The notes: generated by a model from the letters alone, not told the origin. DNA of 64,000 bases from Candidatus Cloacimonadales bacterium (GCA_963662655.2 CAXXTU010000002.1:1600001-1664000), one strand, 5' to 3'. Positions 41,887-51,412 are shown, counted from the first letter of the stretch. Made by a program: numbers and translations.

Positions 41887-43385
41887 CAGTCGTTATTGCT
41901 GTATACGATCTCGCTACGTTTGATAACCTGTAAGACATCGATCGAACTGATATCGATCGAGCCCTCGATCGCTTCGCCCAGGCACACCATGTCGACCTGC
42001 ATTCCGGCCTTCAGCATTCCCAACCGCTGATCCTCACCGATCATCTTCGCCGGATTGACGGTGAACAGCCGAACGGCCTCTTCAGCGCTCAAACGCTCAT
42101 CGGGATTGTTATGATGGATTGCGGAGTGGATTCCTCTGAGCATGTTCAGCTCGGTGATGTACCAGTCCGTAGAACCTGCCACAAGGATGCCGCGATCCAC
42201 CATCGATTTCAGCCGGTTGGTTCGCTTCGTCCGTACCTCACCAAGCACCTCTTCGTAGAGCTGATCCTTGCCGCCCCATAAGTGATCGAACACGGGCTGC
42301 ATGGCCGCGTGAATTCCGTACTCGGCCATGTCGTCCAGCATTCTGTCGCTGGTCAGCTCGCAGTGAATGATTGTGTGATGCAGCTCGTTCGCACGCGTCT
42401 TGCCCAGCATTTTCACCGCGTCCACAATCTGCTGAATGGCCGCGTCGCCAATCGCGTGGACGAACACCTGAAGATTGTTCTCGCTGGCTTCCCGATAGAA
42501 CGCCTGCCAGAATGTATCGGAGCGGTACAGCGTTCCGCGTTTCCCCGCTTGGTCAGCATACGGCTTCTTCAATCCCGCCGTATGAGAGCCGAAAGACCCG
42601 TCCACCAAGATGCAGCCTCCGATCCTCTTCGAACCCAATTCCACCGCCTTCTCGATATCGAACATCTGTGGGTACAGAATGAACTCGACCGGGAAGTCTT
42701 GCACATGAGAAGCGAGCAGGCTGTAATGAAGCGGATCCTGAAAACTGTCTCCGACCATCGTGTGAATCGATGTGCAGCCGGCCTTCAGAGCAATCTGCGA
42801 GGCTTGTTGATATGCGCGTAGAATGCCTTCCTCGTCCAAGTTTCGATGAAACCAGTGCGCCGCGAGGTCGTTCCAGTGCTTGCGAACGGGATTCTGCCAC
42901 TCTTCCGGCAGCTTTCCGCGCCATTCGATGCGCTCGAACGCGAGCGTATTGAGCGCACAGGAGTGCCCGTCGACACGCCGTAGCAAGATGGAATAATCCC
43001 TGGAAACGCGATCCAGCTCTTCAACCGCAGGGAATCGCTTCTCGGCGATCGAATTCTCGTCAAAGCCGGAGGCGAAGATCATACCGCTGACGGGCTTTGT
43101 CTCTGTAAGTAGCTGCAACACCTCATCCAGCGATGTCGCGTTGCTCAAATCAGCGCCGAGGCTATAAAGCCCGCCCTCGAACGAGTGCGTATGCGCATCC
43201 GTGAAACCGGGATAGACATGCGCTTTCGCGAGGTCAACCCATTGTGCGTCCTGGATGTCGGATTCCTGTGGAATTTCCTCGAGAATGTCGAGGATCGTGC
43301 CATTCTCCGTAAGGATGGCTTTCGCTACGGGCCTTGCCTCATCAAGCGTGTGGAAGGTAGCGTTATGGTATACTATTTTACTCAT
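41886..43385 (-). CDS. Amidohydrolase 3 (YtcJ-like)
   Basis: PGFTDAHTH, DGH, VDGSFGSHTA, HAIGD, GSTDW. Confidence 0.88.
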   Translation of the reverse strand: MSKIVYHNATFHTLDEARPVAKAILTENGTILDILEEIPQESDIQDAQWVDLAKAHVYPGFTDAHTHSFEGGLYSLGADLSNATSLDEVLQLLTETKPVSGMIFASGFDENSIAEKRFPAVEELDRVSRDYSILLRRVDGHSCALNTLAFERIEWRGKLPEEWQNPVRKHWNDLAAHWFHRNLDEEGILRAYQQASQIALKAGCTSIHTMVGDSFQDPLHYSLLASHVQDFPVEFILYPQMFDIEKAVELGSKRIGGCILVDGSFGSHTAGLKKPYADQAGKRGTLYRSDTFWQAFYREASENNLQVFVHAIGDAAIQQIVDAVKMLGKTRANELHHTIIHCELTSDRMLDDMAEYGIHAAMQPVFDHLWGGKDQLYEEVLGEVRTKRTNRLKSMVDRGILVAGSTDWYITELNMLRGIHSAIHHNNPDERLSAEEAVRLFTVNPAKMIGEDQRLGMLKAGMQVDMVCLGEAIEGSIDISSIDVLQVIKRSEIVYSNND

Positions 43386-43972
43386 TTGTGTGGCTCCAGC
43401 AATCGGTGCAGCATATCCTGAAACAGGCGTACGGGAAATCCCATCACGTTGAAATAGCAGCCATTCACCTTATCGATAAACTGGCTTCCATATCCCTGAA
43501 TGCCGTATGCTCCGGCTTTGTCGAACGGTTCTCCCGTTTTCAAATATTGATGTATTTCTTCTTCGCTCAATTCCTTGAACGTAACCTGCGTTTTCTCGCA
43601 ATCGTAGACTTCGCTCGCTCCGCGGATCACGCAAACGCCGGTGTATACCGAATGCGTCTTTCCCGAGAGTCGTTTCAGGTAATCGATCGCGTTTTTACTT
43701 GAACCAGGCTTCCCTAGTATCTCGCCGCCCAGATAGACGATGGTGTCCGATCCCACAACGATGCAATCGGGATCCATATTCTTCGCAACAACGGCAGCTT
43801 TCTCCCGTGCGTGGCCGATTGCCGACTTCCGGGGATGCTTGTAAACAATTGTCTCATCGATATGCGCCGGCTGGATCAGCGCTGTCACGCCGATCATTTC
43901 GAAGATCGACTTTCTGCGCGGAGACGCCGAGGCAAGCACGATCTTGTGATTTTCCAGTAGTTTGTGTATCAT
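43382..43972 (-). CDS. maf: Maf nucleotide pyrophosphatase
   Basis: LASASPRR, DTIV, LGKP, DKAGAYGIQG. Confidence 0.93.
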   Translation of the reverse strand: MIHKLLENHKIVLASASPRRKSIFEMIGVTALIQPAHIDETIVYKHPRKSAIGHAREKAAVVAKNMDPDCIVVGSDTIVYLGGEILGKPGSSKNAIDYLKRLSGKTHSVYTGVCVIRGASEVYDCEKTQVTFKELSEEEIHQYLKTGEPFDKAGAYGIQGYGSQFIDKVNGCYFNVMGFPVRLFQDMLHRLLEPHK

Positions 43973-43973
43973 A

Positions 43974-45272
43974 TTACAGTTTTAAGAGCTTGGCAAGCTT
44001 GTCCTTTACAATGTTGAGATTGATGAATTTTTGTTCGCGTACCGAAATGATGATCAGCACGATGCCGACGGCCCCGAGCACAACGTTGGCGATCCACATG
44101 GAGACCATCGGAGAAACGAAGCCGCGATCAGAAAGCTCCTCACCGCCAATGAGGGCAATGTAGTAGACCAGGAACACGAAGGAGCTGACGGAGAAAGACA
44201 TCCCCACGCCGCTCGTGCGGGTCATCATGCCAACCGGAGCTCCGACGAGCACGAAGATCAGACACGCGAACGCGATGGCGTATTTCTTGTGAATCTCCAC
44301 CTGATAGATGCGGATATCCTTCTTCATGTCCTCGATCTTGTTGAGCTTGATGTTGATCATGTTACGGGTTTTCTTCAGTTCTTTCTGGTTCGCACCTGTA
44401 CGTTCGGTGTCTTCGAGCGAGTTCGCACGGTCATTGAGGGATACAAGCTCTTCCTGGGTGTCGAAAATCTCCCGCTCCCACTGCACGATCAGCTTCTTCA
44501 TATCTTTCGTGCTGAGTTCGCGATCTCCCCGCATGTCGGTGCTGAGTTCCTCTTGGGAGAAGCCCAGATCGGGGATGTTGAGCACGAATCGTTTGAAGGT
44601 CCGAACCTCGTAGCGATCCGTATCGGTGGCGTCTATGACGTGCATCTCTCCGTTATACAGAGTGGCTTTCAGGCTATTGCCGCCATTGGTGAGGACGATC
44701 TGTCCGCGTTCTGCGGTGATGGTCTGCGGGAACTTCCTCTCTTCCTGATTGTATATGAGGATGCCGTGCATCTCTTCGCCAACATGCTCTTTGACGTATA
44801 TCGTGTAATTCTTCAGCTCGGTGAACACGCCGGGTTTAAGCTCGGATATGGGGCGTCTTGATCTCGCTTTGATGTACATCTTGCTGAGCTCGTGATTGGC
44901 CTCCGGTAGTACACGATCATTGAAGAATACCATGAAAATCGAGAGCAGCAACGCTGCGATAACCGTTGGCCTTAAAAGCGTATAGATATTGATCCCGCAT
45001 GACTTGAAGGCTACGAGTTCGTTATCCGTCGACAGCCGCCCGAACGACATGATCGACGCCGTCAACACCGACATCGGCACCGACAGCGCCATGATAAAGG
45101 GCAGACTCAGCGTGAATATCCATCCGACCGTAAGCAATCCCAAGTGCTTATCGATGATAAGATTGAGAAGATCGATCAGGTGATCGAGCAGCAACAGAAA
45201 TGTGATCACCAGAAGCGAAACCAGAAATGGTTTCAGATTTTCTTTTAAAATATATTTTTCCAGAATTTTCAT
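43974..45272 (-). CDS. LptF/LptG-family LPS export permease
   Basis: FGRLSTDNELVAFKSCG, EIHKKYAIAFAC; 3+3 TM layout. Confidence 0.87.
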   Translation of the reverse strand: MKILEKYILKENLKPFLVSLLVITFLLLLDHLIDLLNLIIDKHLGLLTVGWIFTLSLPFIMALSVPMSVLTASIMSFGRLSTDNELVAFKSCGINIYTLLRPTVIAALLLSIFMVFFNDRVLPEANHELSKMYIKARSRRPISELKPGVFTELKNYTIYVKEHVGEEMHGILIYNQEERKFPQTITAERGQIVLTNGGNSLKATLYNGEMHVIDATDTDRYEVRTFKRFVLNIPDLGFSQEELSTDMRGDRELSTKDMKKLIVQWEREIFDTQEELVSLNDRANSLEDTERTGANQKELKKTRNMINIKLNKIEDMKKDIRIYQVEIHKKYAIAFACLIFVLVGAPVGMMTRTSGVGMSFSVSSFVFLVYYIALIGGEELSDRGFVSPMVSMWIANVVLGAVGIVLIIISVREQKFINLNIVKDKLAKLLKL

Positions 45273-45501
45273 TATTATCTTACGTTTCCTTCTTACAGCC
45301 TGTTTACTGCACACGGCAATCGGCGTCAATAAAAAATGCGATTCAACCGGATCATGAAAGACACCAATGAGATGAACACATCGGATTCAGACATACGATT
45401 GGATATTCCCGAATCTTTCAGATAATTGGGAACATTTTATGCATGACATTGTTATGTTAGTGGTTCACAGAGAGTGTTAATACTGGAATGGAATAGTACA
45501 T

Positions 45502-46470
45502 ATGAAGAAAACACACAAGGGTTCGAGCATCCATATCTGGATGCAATACAACCCCGAAATCACATTGGAAGAATGGGACGCGCGTTTTCATCGCTTGAAA
45601 AACCTGAGGATTCAACGCGTGTTTATGTCGGGAACTTTTGGTAAGGATATTTTAAATTTAGCAAATAATTATCACATAGAGTTACACGCCTGGATACATA
45701 TTGTAAAAAATAGCGACACACATCTGATTAATTATCATAAAGATTGGTTCATGGTCAACCGGAACAGGGCATCCTCTGCCGGGCACTCCAACTGGCTTTG
45801 CATGAACAACCCCGTCGCCCTCGACTTCGTTCTGAAGAATATCGAAATGCTTTGCATGAACAGGCAGATCGACGGGATCCACATGGATTCCATCCGCTAC
45901 CCGCAGGTCGTTCAGCTGGATCAGCCACTCCTGGAATCAGAGTACCCCAATCATGCCGATACCGATGAGACGGATCACTGCTACTGCTCCTTCTGTCGCG
46001 AAAAGTTCAAGAGGAAGCACGGCGTCGATCCAATCGATCTGGCGGACCCGGACACCAACGAGAAGTGGCGAAATTTTCGCATCGAGACTATCAACAAAGT
46101 GGTCAGGCAGATTACGAACATCGCTCGTAAGTACCGTAAGTTCATCTCGGCAATGGTTTACCCGACTCCTGAGATCGCGCACAACGTTGCTTTCCAGGAG
46201 TGGGAGAAGTGGGACATCGACGCTATCTATCCGGCGTTGTTCAACGACCTCTTTCTCGAGGGAAGCCAGTGGCTTTCCCGCTGCATCCACGAAGGCATCG
46301 AGGCGGCCAACATACCCCTTTACGCAGGACTGCACTTACCGTCTTTCTCGGCTGAAATGCTCGATATCGCCCTCGATGCAGTGTGGGAGGCATCAGGAAG
46401 CGCGCTCTTCGCGTTCGAGAACCTCCGCCACGAGCATGACGACGTCTTGAGAAGAAGAAGATTTATGTGA
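45502..46470 (+). CDS. Glycoside-hydrolase-like TIM barrel (GHL10/DUF187 type)
   Basis: ELHAW, DGIHMDSIRYP, CYCSFCREKF, QEW..W. Confidence 0.7.
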   Translation: MKKTHKGSSIHIWMQYNPEITLEEWDARFHRLKNLRIQRVFMSGTFGKDILNLANNYHIELHAWIHIVKNSDTHLINYHKDWFMVNRNRASSAGHSNWLCMNNPVALDFVLKNIEMLCMNRQIDGIHMDSIRYPQVVQLDQPLLESEYPNHADTDETDHCYCSFCREKFKRKHGVDPIDLADPDTNEKWRNFRIETINKVVRQITNIARKYRKFISAMVYPTPEIAHNVAFQEWEKWDIDAIYPALFNDLFLEGSQWLSRCIHEGIEAANIPLYAGLHLPSFSAEMLDIALDAVWEASGSALFAFENLRHEHDDVLRRRRFM

Positions 46471-46612
46471 TTCTCCGACCGAAATGCGCTCGGGAGAGAA
46501 GCGGTCCCATCGAAGAATTGGCAGGGATTTTGCCCGGTTATTTAGCAAAATCCCTGCCATTTCTTCGATCGCCCACCCACCCATCAAACGAGCGCATTTC
46601 TCGTTAGCACTA

Positions 46613-46741
46613 GGCGGGAGCAGATTGGTTTGATGGCGCTATCCAATGTGGTGTTTCACAGTTCTGCCTCCTTACTTCTCTGATTTGCAGGACTGTGGTA
46701 TATCCACATTGGATGGCGCCATCGGGCGAAGATGCCCCGCC
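46613..46741 (+). repeat. Family-1 structured hairpin element, copy E
   Basis: GGCGGG-A-GC-AGA-TTGGTTTGAT-GGCGCTATCCAAT-GTGG-TGTTT-CACAGTTCTGC...GCAGGACTGTG-GTATAT-CCAC-ATTGGATGGCGCC-ATCGGGCGAA-GAT-GC-CCCGCC. Confidence 0.9.
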
Positions 46742-46831
46742 GGCAGCCCACGCGAAAAACTTTCTATTGACAGACATTCCCCCAAATCCTTAATGAGAAG
46801 AACATACCAATTGTAATCACAGGAGTAAGAT

Positions 46832-48268
46832 ATGTCGAACAAGGTACGGGTGAGATTCGCACCCAGTCCAACCGGAATGCTGCACCTGGGCGGCTTGCGA
46901 ACAGCGCTTTACGACTACGTATTCGCAGCCCATAATCAGGGTAACTTTATCCTCCGCATCGAGGACACGGATCGCACACGATTTGTCGAGGGAGCCTTTG
47001 AAAACCTCGTAGGCACCCTGGAAGACATGGGGTTGTTTTACGACGAAGGTCCCGGAAAAGGCGGTCCCTACGCGCCTTACATCCAGTCGGAGCGTCTCGA
47101 TAAATACAAACAGGTAGCCGACCAGTTGGTGGAACAGGGCGACGCGTATCCGTGCTTCTGTAGCAAGGAACGCCTGGATGAAATCCGCGCGGTTCAACAG
47201 CAGAACAAAGAGCCGATCAAATACGACGGCTTCTGCCGCAACATGTCGAAGGAAGAAGCCCAAAAGCGCATCGAAGCCGGTGAGCCGTATGTGATCCGCC
47301 TGAAAATGCCGGTAGAAGGCTCGTACAATTTCAGCGATCTGATTCGCGGCGACGTCTCCATCGAAGCATCGCAGATCGACGACCAGGTAATCATCAAGTC
47401 GGACGGATTCCCGACGTACCACCTTGCAGCCATCGTTGACGATCACCTCATGGAGATATCGCACGTACTGCGTGGCGAAGAGTGGCTCTCCAGTACTCCC
47501 AAGCATATCCAGATATACAAGGCGATGGGTTGGGAACAACCGATCTGGGTACACCTACCTCTCATACTCAACACGGACAAGAGTAAGCTTAGCAAGCGCC
47601 ACGGCGATTTCTCCGTTGGCGCGTTTATGAAGAAAGGCTTCCTGAAAGAAGCGTTGATCAACTTCGTCGCGCTCCTGGGCTGGCACCCATCCGAGGACAA
47701 GGAAATCTTCTCGTTGCAAGAGATGATCGAGGACTTCTCTTTCGAGAAAGTCAACAAGGCGGGTGCCGTGTTCGATATGACCAAGCTGGAGTGGATGAAC
47801 GGCATGTACATGCGTAGCATTCCGCTGGAAGAGCTCACGCAGCGCGCGAGAGAATGGTTCGAGGAAGCGGGTATCGATCCGGGAACGGACGAGAAGCTTG
47901 CCCGGGCGCTGGATACTGCTCGCGACTACGCAACGCTGATGCCCGAGCTTGTCGAACACTCGAAAATCTACTATGAACGGCCGGTGTTTGAGGACGAGCA
48001 GATTGAAATCCTGAGAAGCGACGCGTCTAAAACCGTCTGCCGCTATATCATCGAACAACTTTCGACAAAGACAGACTGGACGAAGGACGATGTCGGCGAG
48101 ATGGTCAAGCAGGGGATGAAGGCACTCGAGCTGAAGGGAAAACAGTACTACCCTCCTATCCGCCTCTCGCTTATCGGCAGGACGCAAGGACCGGATATTC
48201 CGCGGATCGTGTACAGCCTCGGAATCGAAGAGACCATCGAACGATTTACAAAAGCAATGGAATTATAA
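46832..48268 (+). CDS. gltX: Glutamate--tRNA ligase
   Basis: RFAPSPTG.LHLGG, LRIEDTD, KLSKR. Confidence 0.96.
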   Translation: MSNKVRVRFAPSPTGMLHLGGLRTALYDYVFAAHNQGNFILRIEDTDRTRFVEGAFENLVGTLEDMGLFYDEGPGKGGPYAPYIQSERLDKYKQVADQLVEQGDAYPCFCSKERLDEIRAVQQQNKEPIKYDGFCRNMSKEEAQKRIEAGEPYVIRLKMPVEGSYNFSDLIRGDVSIEASQIDDQVIIKSDGFPTYHLAAIVDDHLMEISHVLRGEEWLSSTPKHIQIYKAMGWEQPIWVHLPLILNTDKSKLSKRHGDFSVGAFMKKGFLKEALINFVALLGWHPSEDKEIFSLQEMIEDFSFEKVNKAGAVFDMTKLEWMNGMYMRSIPLEELTQRAREWFEEAGIDPGTDEKLARALDTARDYATLMPELVEHSKIYYERPVFEDEQIEILRSDASKTVCRYIIEQLSTKTDWTKDDVGEMVKQGMKALELKGKQYYPPIRLSLIGRTQGPDIPRIVYSLGIEETIERFTKAMEL

Positions 48269-48285
48269 ACAACAAAGGAGACATC

Positions 48286-48891
48286 ATGCATTTCAGAAGA
48301 CTCATCGGAAAAAAATGTTATCTCTCCCCACTCGATCCTGCGGATAGCGAAAAGTACACCGAATGGATCAACGATAGCGAGGTTCTTCAATACCTTGCAA
48401 TCAACCACAAGATTTACAACATGGGTGTTGAGCAAGACATTCTGGAAGAAAAGGCGATCAATCAGGAGCCGGCGTTCTCCATTGTCGACGCGCAAACCGA
48501 AAAGCTGATCGGAAGCTGCGATCTCCACAATATCGACTACATCAATGGCACCGGCGAAATGGGCATCATGATCGGCGACAAGAACTACTGGAATCGCGGT
48601 TTCGGCGTCGACGCCACCAGTCTCCTGCTCGACTATGCCTTCAACGTGCTGAATCTGAGCAACGTCATGCTGATGGTCGACAACTTCAACAAGCGCGCAA
48701 TCAAATGCTTCACCAAAGTTGGCTTCAAGGAAATCGGCTGCCGCCGTGCCGCGAAGAATCTCGCAGGCGAGAAACACGACGTGCTTTACATGGACCTGCT
48801 TTCCAGCGAGTTCGAGAGTCCTTTCATCGCCAACACGATCGCCAAGACCCTGAGCGAGCACACGAGCGAGAAGATTCAGATACTCAGCTAA
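48286..48891 (+). CDS. GNAT acetyltransferase (RimJ/RimL-type)
   Basis: IGDKNYWNRGFG, N.RAIKCF.KVGF. Confidence 0.85.
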   Translation: MHFRRLIGKKCYLSPLDPADSEKYTEWINDSEVLQYLAINHKIYNMGVEQDILEEKAINQEPAFSIVDAQTEKLIGSCDLHNIDYINGTGEMGIMIGDKNYWNRGFGVDATSLLLDYAFNVLNLSNVMLMVDNFNKRAIKCFTKVGFKEIGCRRAAKNLAGEKHDVLYMDLLSSEFESPFIANTIAKTLSEHTSEKIQILS

Positions 48892-48908
48892 GACAACGAC
48901 AGTTTAAC

Positions 48909-50033
48909 ATGTCACTTTACGAACACATCCACGGACAGGATCGACCAATCTCGATCCTGAAGCACGCCGTGCAGGAGAATCGCTTTGCGCAAAGCTACCT
49001 CTTCCACGGCCCCAAGGGCGTAGGAAAATTCTCCAGCGCACTATATTTCGGAATGGCGCTCAATTGCCATTCTGCGCGGGGGAATCGGCCTTGCGGCACT
49101 TGTTCGTCGTGCAAAAAGTTCCTTTCCTTCTCGCATCCGGATTTCATCTACATCTTCCCCACGCCAAATCTCAACATTACACCCGAGGGCGAAATCAAGA
49201 ACACGAAGCTGTTGGGGGAATACCAGTCGTACATCGAAAACCGCAGGACGACCCCCTGGAAAGCCTTCTTTTTTTCCAGCAACGTGGAAATTCGCAGGGA
49301 CATGATTCTCATGCTGCAACACCGCATCAGCATGTCTCCCAACGAAGGAAGATACAAGGTTTACATCATCGAGAATGCCGAGTTGCTGAACATCTCGGCG
49401 GCAAACACATTCCTGAAAACACTGGAAGAACCGCCCTCGGACACGGTCATTATCCTGACAACGACCAAAGCCGATTCGATGCTGCCAACAATACGCTCGA
49501 GATGCCAGAAAATAGCCTTCCAGGCTGTTCCGCGAACGAGCATCGAGCAGTTGTTGAGAAGCGAACGCGCTTTGGATGGAATCGAAGCGAAAACCTATGC
49601 CCGAATCGCCAATGGAGATGTCGAGAAAGCCTTGCAGCTCATTGAAGAAGGCGGAATCGAATTACGGAAGGTCTCCCTGGACTTCATGGAGATTCTCGCC
49701 GCTAACGACGATCCTGCAATGATCGATTTCCTGAGGCATCACCGGGGGAATCTCACTCAGAGCGCGCTTTCCGATTTCATCTCCTACGTGAACCTCTGGC
49801 TTGGTGACATCGCCAATTACAAGAACAATCCCTCGGATGTCGCAAACATCGATAAAACGGAGCTCTTCGATTTCTTTTATCGACGAAAGCACGATATCGA
49901 CGAGAACATCAACGTAATGGTTCAGTATCTGGACAATCTGAAGCGCAAGGTGGACGGTCATGTCAATCCGATGCTGATCCTGATCGAACTCTATCAGTAT
50001 CTCAGTGAACAGTTCGGATTTCATCAGAGGTAG
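48909..50033 (+). CDS. holB: DNA polymerase III delta' subunit
   Basis: YLFHGPKGVGK, PCGTCSSC, HPD, NTFLKTLEEPP, TIRSRCQ. Confidence 0.88.
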   Translation: MSLYEHIHGQDRPISILKHAVQENRFAQSYLFHGPKGVGKFSSALYFGMALNCHSARGNRPCGTCSSCKKFLSFSHPDFIYIFPTPNLNITPEGEIKNTKLLGEYQSYIENRRTTPWKAFFFSSNVEIRRDMILMLQHRISMSPNEGRYKVYIIENAELLNISAANTFLKTLEEPPSDTVIILTTTKADSMLPTIRSRCQKIAFQAVPRTSIEQLLRSERALDGIEAKTYARIANGDVEKALQLIEEGGIELRKVSLDFMEILAANDDPAMIDFLRHHRGNLTQSALSDFISYVNLWLGDIANYKNNPSDVANIDKTELFDFFYRRKHDIDENINVMVQYLDNLKRKVDGHVNPMLILIELYQYLSEQFGFHQR

Positions 50034-50038
50034 TAATC

Positions 50039-50434
50039 ATGAGAGAAGTGCGACTTGTAAATATTAAGGACGGCATGATCCTGGCGAAAGACATCTACAC
50101 GCCGAAAGGCAAGATTCTTCTGCGTCATGGCTCCCGTCTGGAAGAGTACAAAGAGATGCTGTCTTCGATGAACATCAAGAAGGTAATGGTTTTCGAAGAT
50201 GGCGACGACGACATTGCTGAAACAATACCGGAGGAGGAGCGGCAGCTTCTCGCCCGATCCGTGATTCACGATGTCGAAGAAATTTTTAAATTCTGCAAGT
50301 ACGATACATACATGGATAAGCTGATGGATGTTGTCATCGATCACCTTATCCAGGAAAGATGGGAGCATGGAGAGACAAGATTTATTGATCCGGTTGAACC
50401 AGATCCAGGAGCAGCAACAGGATTATTTGGCTAA
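50039..50434 (+). CDS. Hypothetical protein resembling the N-terminal module of HD-GYP/HDOD proteins
   Basis: DGMILAKDIYTPKGKILLRHG motif. Confidence 0.6.
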   Translation: MREVRLVNIKDGMILAKDIYTPKGKILLRHGSRLEEYKEMLSSMNIKKVMVFEDGDDDIAETIPEEERQLLARSVIHDVEEIFKFCKYDTYMDKLMDVVIDHLIQERWEHGETRFIDPVEPDPGAATGLFG

Positions 50435-51230
50435 GACAGCCGCTCTGATCGAGTTCAAACATTTGATACGCAAACCGACGGTCAACGCTGTCGAAATCGT
50501 AGAGGTTCTCGAGAAAGACACGTCTCTAGTTGCCGAGCTGTTGCGAAAGTCCAACTCCCCAATTTATGGGTTGGTTAAAAAGGTCAAGACGATCCAGCAG
50601 GCAATCGCCGTGATCGGTTTGGACCAGGTGGCGCAGATATTCACTCTCGATACCGTGCAAAAAATGCTTTTGCCTGAAGTTCCCTCCGGACAGGCTCAGG
50701 AGCTTTGGAAGCATTCGGTGGCTGTCGCGGTGGCTACACGGCACCTTGCATCTCTAACTATAAAGAAGCGTTACTGGGAGGAATATTTCCTCGCCGGATT
50801 GCTGCACGATATCGGCAAATTCATCATCATCAAGCATCTTCCGGACGTCAACATGGCGATTGAGAGGGAGATGAGGATGAATCCCGGTATGCGTCAGCTT
50901 GTTGCGGAGCAGTCGGTCATGTCCATGACTCATCAAGAGATCGGTGCATTCTTCACGGAGATGTGGAACTTCCCGGATTATTTGGTCTCTTCCATACGAC
51001 ATCACCACTTCTTCGAGCTCGCGAAATCCGACAAGGCTATCGTCGCTGCGGTTACTGCCGGCAACAATATCGCGAAGGCAATGATGATCGGGGACTCGGG
51101 AAACAAGTACGTCGAACCGCTTCCCAGATGGGTCTGGCAGCTTCTTGGAATACAGCCAAAGGATTTCGACATGGTCGTGAGGATGGTTTACAGGCAGTAC
51201 AATGGCGTTATGAATATGTTCGATTTCTGA
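50367..51230 (+). CDS. HDOD-domain signalling protein
   Basis: D..LVAELLRKSNSPIYG, LWKHS, AGLLHDIGK, WNFP..L...IRHHH. Confidence 0.88.
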   Translation: MERQDLLIRLNQIQEQQQDYLAKTAALIEFKHLIRKPTVNAVEIVEVLEKDTSLVAELLRKSNSPIYGLVKKVKTIQQAIAVIGLDQVAQIFTLDTVQKMLLPEVPSGQAQELWKHSVAVAVATRHLASLTIKKRYWEEYFLAGLLHDIGKFIIIKHLPDVNMAIEREMRMNPGMRQLVAEQSVMSMTHQEIGAFFTEMWNFPDYLVSSIRHHHFFELAKSDKAIVAAVTAGNNIAKAMMIGDSGNKYVEPLPRWVWQLLGIQPKDFDMVVRMVYRQYNGVMNMFDF

Positions 51231-51239
51231 CCACCACCC

Positions 51240-51412
51240 GCGCGCGGGACGGCGCGGAAGCCAATGAATCCCACAAGATATATCAGATGAGATCAAATCG
51301 AAGATGAAATATCTTGTGGGATTTTTTTTGGCTTCCTGGAAATGATTTATGCTGTTTGTTCTGACAGCATAAATCATTTCTGTGCGCGAAGCGCACGCGC
51401 CGTCCCCCGCGC
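51240..51412 (+). repeat. Family-2 four-way-junction element, copy 2
   Basis: 15/16-bp GC closing stem enclosing a GGAAG..CTTCC arm, an 18-bp GGAA..TTCT arm and GTGCGC-GAA-GCGCAC. Confidence 0.8.

Noticed and set aside
8156..46741. Family-1 elements as canonical integron attC sites
   Set aside because: No RYYYAAC...GTTRRRY boxes (the arms read GTTYGAT/ATCGGGC), copies are dispersed rather than arrayed, and there is no IntI in the window. Only the structural logic is similar.
46613..46741. Hairpin-ribozyme resemblance (GUGGUAUAU; GAAACAC)
   Set aside because: The two loop-B-like strings lie on opposite strands and there is no AGAA/NGUC loop A.
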